A stretch of DNA of 63,422 bases, the filler included, from Globobulimina sp. (Eukaryota), in NCBI GenBank assembly GCA_003354225.1. It is 21 parts of 21 records of this genome, joined end to end, with 100 filler letters (N's around TTAATTAATTAA, not from the genome) between each part and the next. Parts side by side here need not be neighbours in the genome. Positions count along the whole stretch, not along the records: positions 1 to 2,927 come from PIVH01004333.1; positions 3,028 to 5,954 come from PIVH01004334.1; positions 6,055 to 8,981 come from PIVH01004335.1; positions 9,082 to 12,007 come from PIVH01004336.1; 17 more parts are not named here. One strand, 5' to 3'. The notes under the pieces are model-generated. The model did not search any database. It saw only the letters and a list, made by a program, of their open reading frames with translations, and was not told where the DNA came from. Positions 1-9,758 of this stretch are shown here, in pieces; position 1 is the first letter of the stretch, and each line of letters begins with the position of its first letter. The position numbers and the translations under genes were made by a program.

Positions 1-1
1 C

Positions 2-2927
2 ACGAATGGGGAGTTTATGGTGACGAATATTGCAAATACTACATTGGTGGATGGCGACATGAGCTGTACGCTAAGTGCGCAAACCTGTGATACGTTGGAA
101 CAACTCGGTCGCGATGAGGTTGCTATACTGGTACAATCCAACGTCGATATTGACAAATATGTGTATCAAGGCTCCACAGGCGATTTGACCATATTTGGTT
201 TCAGTTTTTATATGTTTTACATGGATTTCTTTGGGCAACAGATCAACTTAGCCAATGAGCAGAGTGTAGGCAATGAGGTGGGATTTGTGGTTATTAGCTA
301 TGATGAATCGTACTTGGACAACATATACATTTCGTTTTATGCGTCGTGGACGTTACTGTTGGTCATGAAGATAATTTCCTGTTCCATTATATGTTGTAAT
401 ATCAAAACAGATCAACGGAGACGAAAATTAGTTCGATATGCTACGAGTGGCAGCATTGGGGCCGTTAGTATTGGCGCAGTACGAGGCATCCCAAAGCCTG
501 CCAATTATAACACGACACAAACAAAGATACGGACCCCGCCGGACGTGAATGATATGATTCTGGAGGAAGAGGAAAGTGCGAAATACAGCACGAGTACGGA
601 GGAAAAGGAAAATGATAGCAAGCAAAAACCAACAGCGACGGAGAAAGCAGTAATTGTGGCTGTAGCATTAGGCAATAAATCCGTGACTGTAGATACTGTC
701 ACAAATGCTGTGTTAGACGGTATTTATAATGATGTCATTGAGGAGAAAGAAATAAAAATAAATGTGGATGATTTGAGTGATAATGTGTTGAAATTACACA
801 GCAAAGCTCCGCCATTGACACCGTCCGATCCAGAATTATATGATAAACAGGATAATTATAACAAGAGTGCGGACAGTAATACCCCTTTAAAAGCAGATGG
901 TGATGGCGGAAGAACGGGTAATATGCCCGAGAGCGCTCCGCACACTGCAAAGAAAATGGTATCTTTTGATGCAGCGGAATTTACACCGGGCTCTACCTCA
1001 TTTAGTCCGATTCCGCTCGACGACGAAGATAAATCGTGCACGAATAAAATCTGTAACTGTTCGCCGATCCAACTCATCGTGATCTGCATCTTTTTGATTG
1101 GTTTTACCTTTTTAGCAGTGGTTGCCATCTGGGTCAAAGGCACCAGTCTGACCTCTCAAAACTTAATCGATTCATTGATGGTGAAACAAGAACACTTTGC
1201 AGTGAGCGACGAAGTATATAAAATATTCCACTCTTCGGACATGCTCTACGGTGTATTGTCAAAAGCGTTAAAATCGGGACAAATTAATTTTGATTTTACC
1301 GGCATGACGACTGCGGAGAGACAGGCTGCCATTCATGACGTGGATTATTTATTTACGCGACTCTTTAAAACCTTTAGCGAACCAAATGAAAAATATCGAC
1401 AATATTATATCTATGCGGGTACACCGGCGGGTTACATGCAAGGCGCACGTTGGCGAGATGGTGCTGACAGCGTGGATTTGGTGATTGGTTCGCGATTATT
1501 GACAGCAAATATGCACCCCGACCCTAGCAATGCTAGCAACTACATCCAAGACGCTCTCATACCGTGGGTACTAGGCTCATATGTCGCGTTTGCGGTGGAT
1601 CCGGCGACCGGTTTCCGCAGCGACGGCCAGGAAGAAATTAGTGAGAACACACTGTACGACCCACGCTGTAGGACTTGGTATGTGAATGCCATTAAACACG
1701 GATTTGTCGGTACGATATCGCAAGCTTTCCCTGCTGGTTTTAAGTCGTTTTATGAGGATGAAAATACGGCGGCGTTGCAAACAACGCAGTGTACGGCTGC
1801 CAGAGCGTCGTATGTAGAGATGTTTGGGTTAGCTAATTATACCAATGATGAGTATGTTAACCTAACATCGGCTGAATCGCGAGCGTTTATATTGAATGGG
1901 AACAAGACTAAGGAGGAGTTGTATGTGATCACATGGGATCGCTATGTGTTTGCTTCGTTGTTACAGCAAGGATTGACTGCGTCGGCAGTGGTAAGCGATG
2001 ATGTGACAGGCGAGCTGTTGGCAGTGGTCAGCATCGATTATACGTTGAATGATTTGTCCATTGTGTTGGCGGAAGGTGTGGGCAATGAAAGTTCGTGGTT
2101 TGCGTGGATATTTGAGACGCATTCAGCTGAGCCATATATGATCGCGTCATCGGATAAACAGGTTTTAGTGGAAGCGGACTCTATTTCAGGCTGTATACAG
2201 TTGGCAGAGACTAACGAACAAATACCGGTCTTGGCCACGGAGCACAATAACACCATGATTAAGATTATGAGCAAGGAGATTGTCAAAGTATATGGCATCG
2301 AATATATACACAATTTAAGCATCGATGCGTCGGAGCCGCAGTCGTTGAATATCCCCATCGATTTACCCAAGTTAGAAGTAGGCCGAATACATTATTATAC
2401 GGATCTGAATAAACAGATCAATTCCATCGATTGGATCATTGCCAAAACTATCGATACCGTGGAGATTGAGAGCGGCGAATCGAATGATATGACCATCTCT
2501 GTTTTGTGTTTAATGATGTTGATGACGGTGATTTTGATCACTTTCAGAGAGTTTAAGGCCGGCACTCGAGACAAAGACGACGGCGACATCGATCAAAGTG
2601 AGTATGACAGCGAGGATTTGGAGGAGATGCAGGTGAATAAAGACGACCCATTGGGTTATTGGAGGAAGATGACGAAAATGAAGCATATCGTGGAAGGATC
2701 GGCGAATATTTTATGGAAGTTAGCCTGCGATGATTTCGATGGCATTATCACCACCAACTCGGCCAAAGATTTTATGGCTCAAAGAGCGAACCAACACGTC
2801 TCGGCCAACGAGAACAACAATTTTATGTTTTTAATGTGCGCGCTGGAGTTCAAAAACAAGTGGACGCGCTTGCAATTCTTGCGGTTTATGGACAGTAATT
2901 GGTACTCGGTGCCCATGCAATTTATAA
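2..2927 (+). CDS. Multi-pass membrane receptor with extracellular dCache_1-like domain (partial at both ends)
   Basis: Uninterrupted ORF; hydrophobic segments FYASWTLLLVMKII, IQLIVICIFLIGFTFLAVVAIWV and ISVLCLMMLMTVILITF; Cache motifs YIYAGTPAG, YDPRCRTWY and GELLAVVSIDYTL. Confidence 0.75.
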
Positions 2928-3027
2928 NNNNNNNNNNNNNNNNNNNNNNNNNNNNNNNNNNNNNNNNNNNNTTAATTAATTAANNNNNNNNNNNNNNNNN
3001 NNNNNNNNNNNNNNNNNNNNNNNNNNN
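2928..3027. other. Artificial contig linker (N44-TTAATTAATTAA-N44); 20 copies, starting at 2928, 5955, 8982, 12008, 15034, 18059, 21084, 24109, 27134, 30159, 33184, 36209, 39234, 42258, 45282, 48306, 51330, 54354, 57377 and 60400
   Basis: Identical 100-nt spacer with six-frame stops recurs about every 3025 nt; contig lengths fall from 2927 to 2923 nt. Confidence 0.99.
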
Positions 3028-3029
3028 CA

Positions 3030-3881
3030 ATGATTTTCGATAAAATGTTCTGGGAAATGGGCACCATGTGTTTTGACGCATTATTTACCGGTTTAAGCAG
3101 TGTGAGTACCAAATCAGTGGCTGTGTCGAGAGAGGTGTTACGTGAAAGAGAAGCCATTACCACACAGATTGAATTGATGTCGACTGAATTAGAAGTTGCG
3201 TTATCTGAGCAGCAAGAATTGGAGAATCAGAAGAAATGGATCAAAGATCATAGACAGGAAATTAATTCTTATGCTGAGAAGCCGTATTATAAAACTGCAT
3301 ATTATTTTGAGAGAGAAGAACGAAACTCATCCATTATTACAACATGTACAGTTTGTGCAAATAAAACCTGTCATCCAGGATGTTGTGTGGATGATAAAGC
3401 ACATTGTGGCATGATGGGTGCTGGCGGGTATTGCGAGGTTTGTAACTGTCATTACAGTAAACATGAAAATCGCGGTTATGAATGGGTTAAAAAATCCAAA
3501 CAAGTACGAAAATCGGATTGGGAGGATACCCCAACAAAAAAACAAAAATATTCAGATGCCAAACTGAAATTATCACGCTCACAGATTATTATTCAGAATA
3601 AAGAAGATGCATTGCAAAATAAACAAAAAAAAGTAACTGGCATAATTGGGTTTATTCATACTTGTATTTCGAAATTGGAAAAAATCGCATTAAGACCGGT
3701 TGTAACGACTGTTGGTGATTATATTGACAAATTAATTGATGCGGAAGAATCGAATCCAAAAGGTAGAGATCAAAAGAAAATCAAAAAATTAAAAGCATAT
3801 AAAAAGCAAGAAAAATTGATAATGAAAATTGAGAAAAGTGGAAGTTTGAATATAAACGAATTATTGGATGAAACTAAATAA
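3030..3881 (+). CDS. C-terminal part of a coiled-coil/Cys-His-rich protein (resembles the tail of septin/AIG1-like P-loop GTPase families)
   Basis: 283-aa 5'-partial ORF; two coiled coils flank CTVC..TCHPGC..C..C..C.CHYSKH; GTPase domain itself not in the contig. Confidence 0.5.
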   Translation: MIFDKMFWEMGTMCFDALFTGLSSVSTKSVAVSREVLREREAITTQIELMSTELEVALSEQQELENQKKWIKDHRQEINSYAEKPYYKTAYYFEREERNSSIITTCTVCANKTCHPGCCVDDKAHCGMMGAGGYCEVCNCHYSKHENRGYEWVKKSKQVRKSDWEDTPTKKQKYSDAKLKLSRSQIIIQNKEDALQNKQKKVTGIIGFIHTCISKLEKIALRPVVTTVGDYIDKLIDAEESNPKGRDQKKIKKLKAYKKQEKLIMKIEKSGSLNINELLDETK

Positions 3882-4194
3882 ATATTAATCACTATATAAT
3901 GTAATTAGTTTTAATCACTATACTTTGTAATTAATTTTAATTTTAATAGTACAGTATTATTAAACGATGCGTTTTGATACATATTAAACCTTTAGTTTAC
4001 CTTTTCGATTATTTGTTGCGGATATAACACAAAAACAGAACAAAAATGCATTAATGTTTTGCAGCTCAAGTTTAATTATTATAAAAATATGATTTTCTCT
4101 AATTCAGAGGGTGCCGTAAAAACTGCGCCCAAAACAAGAATACTAAATAACAGTATGTGTATTAATATTAGTTTACGTGTTAGCTGTTAAACAT

Positions 4195-5954
4195 TCAACC
4201 ATTCAACATTACTCTAACAGCAATTGAAGGTATAACAGCAGCAATAACTGTAATAACAATTTTCCATTTAAAATCATTCATTTTAATACCCCATAATTGC
4301 GGTGTTATTTCTTTAGTTTCAACGTGTTGCACTAAGGCATCCATCGAATTTAACAACAATTTCAAATCGTTTATTTTCCGATTGTCACATAATTTATATT
4401 TTTCATAATTTAATAATTGTTTCATAGTTTCCGTCGATAAGAATAATTTCTGTCTTTCAACACGATTTAATTGATATTGATTTTCTTTACCAAACCAATA
4501 TCCAATTAACAATATATACGACACATAATATATACAAACACATAAAAAATATGTTTGGGACAATATAAAGCCAGAATTAATTAATATATTCAATAGCTTT
4601 TCGTCACTTTTCTTCCCTTCAATGGCACCAAATATTACAATAACCATTGTGACCAAATTAACAAATACCATAATTACTAAAAATAGCGCTTGCATCTCCA
4701 ATCCGCAAAATACCACATCGCCCTTTCTATGAATAAATGATCGCAACGACAGCCATGAAAACAAATTATTTTCATTATCTAAGCGCAAAAAATTCACACT
4801 GCCGGTCTTACTATTTATATTTTTATGATTTCTTTTTAATTTTAATGTAATTAATTCTGTGATGCCATGCACCTGTTTCCAGTATGACAATGTACGCGAA
4901 GTTATTGTATTAAATGAACAAAATAAAATATAACAAAAGCCAAACATCAATAAAGCCGCTAATATTTCAAGAATAATTGGATGAGAAATTACACTTTGAA
5001 ACAGATTTGAATTTACTGAATTAATATTTATTAATAATGGCAATCGTAACATCAATGGATAAATCGCAGCGAGAATAATCAGTTTTGTTTTATTATTTCC
5101 ATATTCAATCGGATATTCCCATGGATATTTTATCTCATTCCAACCTTTTGAGGTTGCAAAATCCGATGCCATTACATGAACAATTGAATATAACAACGAA
5201 TCTTCAAAATACATTGATACATGTTCCAGCACATGAAACTGCGGGAAAGCGACCTCGAAATCCATACAGCACCAACAACTCAGCAATTGTGTCAATATAA
5301 AATATAATAATATTGGTAACAATGCCGTAAATACAATATCAAGATTTGAAATATTTTGGATCATTGTTTTAAACAGAAAATAAAATATAATATACAATGC
5401 ATAGGATATGAAAATTAATAGAAACCGAATTAACTGATTCTCTCTGAAAGTATGATTAACAAAACACATTATAAATTAATATAGAATTATGTTATAAATT
5501 TAATATTAAAAACATACCTTATTTTTAATCTGAATGTATCATTAAAACAAAACATTGCTGCTAACAAATCAAATGACGCTAATTCTTTTGTCGTATTGTA
5601 TTTGTTATATTTATCATTTATAAATTTATTGTTATAGATTTCGATCCAAATAAATTGCAAACTTAATGTAATCGGTAAAAATAAAAATGAAAATGTTAAA
5701 TACCAATATCGTTTTCTATTCCATTTCCGTGAGACATGATGCGATAACAAATCACTTGCATCCTTTACAAATTCTAAATGTATCCTTTGTGAGCTTGATT
5801 TATTTGCATATTGATTTCCAAAACATTTCTGATTATCAAACAATTGTATCGCTTCATATGTTGCTTCAATTGAAGGAAATCGCAAATACGCAAATGGCCG
5901 CTCCCCATTCTCTCTATAGGTCACAATGCATTTTTTCCTCCACAATGCCGTACC
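4195..5954 (-). CDS. RRM + PHTF-like (7TM ion channel superfamily) multi-pass membrane protein, 5'-partial, intron 5444-5517
   Basis: RNP1-like RPFAYLRF and RIHLEF; phase-2 intron AG|GTATGT...TTTCAG|A joins the two ORFs in frame; FLRLDNENNLFSWLSLRSFIHRKG and TPQLWGIKMN resemble PHTF motifs WLSLRSYLKRRG and PFRLYGLTMN. Confidence 0.75.
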
Positions 5955-6322
5955 NNNNNNNNNNNNNNNNNNNNNNNNNNNNNNNNNNNNNNNNNNNNTT
6001 AATTAATTAANNNNNNNNNNNNNNNNNNNNNNNNNNNNNNNNNNNNNNNNNNNNTTATCCGTCTACAATCAATATTTAACAGACTAAACGAATAAATACT
6101 GAATTATATCAACGTATTTATATGTAAAAGGACATAATAAACAATTACTTACATATTTTGTAGCACATTAAGTCTTTAATTGAGTGAAACCCTTGCTATC
6201 GTTGCTGAACGAATGAAATGGCACTGAATTAGTGACTTTACTTTCTTTTCACTTAAATGACTAACTCTATAATGGAAACTATAAACAATTTGGAGATGAA
6301 TTTTTTAAACAAATATTATATA

Positions 6323-6570
6323 GATAACTGTTTGTATAGTTGGAATTTTATGATATTTGATGAGGAGTGAGTGGGATTCATGATATTTATGGGTTGGAGA
6401 TGATATATATGATTGTTGAGCTGTGGGTGTGATGGCGCGTAGCGCCTCACATCCCACAGTCTCATACGATCATTATATTCATCTCTCAACACATTAAATT
6501 CATAAAGAATCCCATCTCATCTCTCTCATTCAAATACATAATAATTCCATACTATATCAATAAAGTTATT
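6323..6570. repeat. Long imperfect inverted repeat (fold-back) with GGCGC-GTA-GCGCC apex
   Basis: 6323-6438 aligns by hand to the reverse complement of 6442-6570, differing mostly by single-T indels. Confidence 0.92.
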
Positions 6571-6588
6571 AATTGATAACGTTTTATT

Positions 6589-6646
6589 GGCGTCTTTGGT
6601 GGTGGTGGTGGGTGGCGGTGGCGTTGGCGGTGGCGGTGGTGGTGTC
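6589..6646 (+). repeat. GGT/GGC-rich low-complexity tract (possible G-quadruplex)
   Basis: ggtggtggtggtgggtggcggtggcgttggcggtggcggtggtggt in otherwise AT-rich DNA. Confidence 0.8.
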
Positions 6647-6926
6647 TTTTTATAGTGTTTTTCATTTTTATTTTGTGTTTACTGTGTGTATACTGTGTTA
6701 TCGTATGTTGTTGAGTTGGTTTTTGGATATTATAATACTTAACAGTTAGCTTTCATGGATAACAGGAAATTATGATAAACTAATGTTTTTTACTTAAGTC
6801 AGTACAGTAAACACCTCACATTTCCTTCTCATCCTTCTAAAACGTTTCTATATTGACAAAAATATCAATATACTCATTCGTTCACTCCTTTTTTTTATAT
6901 TCATCCAAATTGTCCATCATCATAAG

Positions 6927-7649
6927 ATGGCAAAAAGCGAAATGGACGCATTAGATGAAGTTACGAAACAATTCCAGCAATCAGACAGAAGCAAATCAAC
7001 ATTAGCACGCAATAAGGTGCAATCCGGTTATTTTAGCAAATATGCAATCGCTTTTTATCCAGTCGCTGCAGAAGATCCATCCATCGCATTTTTAAGAATT
7101 AACCATTATGTTCCTGTAATTTTATTAATCGACCAGAAATTAGCTGGTTTCTTGACATTTATGTATCAAACTCATGTCAAGAAACAGAATCAGGTGGAAC
7201 CAAATTTACGTCATTCGCATGGTTTTGTGGCATATTCAATTGAGAAAAATGGCAAAGACATTGTACATTATCCGCAATTTAATAGTTGCTGGGCCGGCAT
7301 TAGAAAATCCAAAGAATACAAAGAATCGATGAATCACGAGTCCGCATTAAAGATGACATTAACAGATCATTGTGTTATTAGAAATTGGCAGTTATATGGA
7401 ACGGATGGTATGTTTGACAGAGTAAATTTACGTACCCGGCATTTATATGACGTGAATTATGGCACCAGCTTACGTTCCGGCAACGTGCATGAATTAAAAG
7501 AAGCAGATGTTAAGTTAATCAAATCCTATGTTAATGGGCTCTATCGCCCCAAATTAGAAATCACTACTCACGGCACAAAAACGTGTGCATTAATACAGAA
7601 ACATCACGTTTTATGCGAGTGTCCCAGCGGTGTAGACCACGATTCGTAG
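6927..7649 (+). CDS. Hypothetical protein (ORFan); possible out-of-frame C-terminal extension to 7867
   Basis: 240-aa ATG-initiated ORF with no recognisable motif; overlapping frame encodes WQCSVCPP and a polyQ tail. Confidence 0.6.
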   Translation: MAKSEMDALDEVTKQFQQSDRSKSTLARNKVQSGYFSKYAIAFYPVAAEDPSIAFLRINHYVPVILLIDQKLAGFLTFMYQTHVKKQNQVEPNLRHSHGFVAYSIEKNGKDIVHYPQFNSCWAGIRKSKEYKESMNHESALKMTLTDHCVIRNWQLYGTDGMFDRVNLRTRHLYDVNYGTSLRSGNVHELKEADVKLIKSYVNGLYRPKLEITTHGTKTCALIQKHHVLCECPSGVDHDS

Positions 7650-8295
7650 AATTTAAAGTGTGGCAATGCAGTGTATGTCCGCCAAATATGAATCATCCAA
7701 TATTCGCACCCAATCAATTATTACCAGTATCATTACCACCTATTATCCAACAACAACAGCAACAACAACAAAGATTACGTATTCCATATCAGGGAACTCG
7801 TGGGGTTCAACATCAAGCATCAAACGCAAGAACCAAACAATATCAATCAAGAACCAATCAATTTTAATGTGATTTTTTATTTTTGTTTTTATGTTTTCAT
7901 CGTTTATTAATATATAAGTAATAAACGTATGAACTATTTGATATTTGGTTTCTTGTGCTATTTGTCTATGTTTTTTAAACACTTTGTAATATTTCATTTA
8001 TGCCTCAAGTCACAGATTTTCTATTAATATCAATTTAACTCTCAATATGTATACAAAAATTCGTGTGCGGGAAACGAAAAAACTGTTTTTTTGCTCAACA
8101 AAACGTTATCACTTTATCAATCACTGACATTCACTGTGTCAATTTGCTGATTTTAATCTATATTCTTATTGATTGCTTGCCCTACGTTTGTCTAACATTT
8201 TAATTTTAATATTGTGTAAGTAATACATTAAGTCATTACTAACGAATCATTATTATCGTTCGATCCTTTAGAAAGACCTTGCATTGTGCATCAAA

Positions 8296-8700
8296 TTAAC
8301 AATGAATCATTATGTGATTGATTGCGTTTAGCAGTTGAATCTTTAATTGATTCTTTTTTTTTTTATTCATGCTCCAAATCTGCTTTGCATTGAGTCTTTT
8401 TGTCGAATCTTTTATTAACAATTTTTGTATTAAATCATTTGCTTTTTTTTGATCGATGCTCCCAAAATGGAGACTAAAACGAATATTGTGCTGCGACAAT
8501 TAATTTGCATGGATAAATGTTTTAAATTATTTGTATCATCAAAAAATGGTGTACTGCCACACAATAATAAATATATTAAACATCCTAACGACCACATATC
8601 AGCAGCTTGATTATGGCCATTATGCGGCGCTGACTCAATTATTTCAGGAGCCGCATATAACAATGATATGCCATATGGCCTATCTTTACATGAACCTTTA
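8296..8700 (-). pseudogene. Degenerate CAMK-group Ser/Thr kinase C-lobe
   Basis: YAAPEII and ADMWSLGCLIYLLLCGSTPF in one frame, DLIQKLLIKDSTKRLNA (subdomain XI) in another; no intact HRD/DFG upstream. Confidence 0.65.
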
Positions 8701-9758
8701 TTACAATCTGCAGCAAATTATTATCAAGTTCTAAGACTACTTTATCAAGTTTTTTCTATTATTATTTAGCCGTTCTGAAAAGTAATGGCAAAGTTAAATA
8801 CTCGGCTGTCCATTCTAATAATGATACTCATCTCGTGTTGGATTATACTCACACTCGCATTTGGATAAATGATATACGAATCGTTAAATATTCACCAGAT
8901 TTACTCATTCAAAATGGATTGCTGTTAAGTTTACTTTTCTTTTGTGATACAACAAATCGCCAACAATTATTATTTATTTGTNNNNNNNNNNNNNNNNNNN
9001 NNNNNNNNNNNNNNNNNNNNNNNNNTTAATTAATTAANNNNNNNNNNNNNNNNNNNNNNNNNNNNNNNNNNNNNNNNNNNNTTATTATTATTATTGTTTT
9101 TATTAAAGAATCTTCTAAAATTTAATTCATTTTTCAAGCTTTTAATATCCATTTTATTTTTATTTTCATTATTTAAATGGATTTCCCTTTCAATGGATTT
9201 AACAGATAACATTTAGAGCCGTCCAAACCTAAAAAATGCATCACATCGCCGGTATTATAGTCCTTTTTGATGCTTTTTAGAATTAATGCGAATTATAATA
9301 ATTTTTCTTCATTAATAATTTCTCTCTCGTCCTCGTTTTAAACTGTCTGTTGCTATTTTTCCCTCTTCCACATTTACCAACGTATGGAATGCCACAATTG
9401 TCGCAAATAATTATGTAGACATTTTATTGATTGTCCGGTAATTCCGGATTTCCATTTTCTGCATGCGCAGTCATCTCTGCCTTTTGTTGCACCCATTTCA
9501 CTCAACGTATTGCAACAAATAAATCGAACTCATACTATTTTTGATATATTATTATTTGTAGAATGGAAATATATTCTGTGCAATTTACTACATTTCATAA
9601 TCTTACATAATTCGCAAATTTGCAGCTTTTCTAAATTTGCTGTACAAATTTAGCTATAATTATCTAATTTTAAACCAATAAAACATCGCATCTTTCTAAC
9701 TAAAGTTTAATACTAAACTGACACAGATTGAGAAAGAAATTAAAAGTGCAAACTACCA

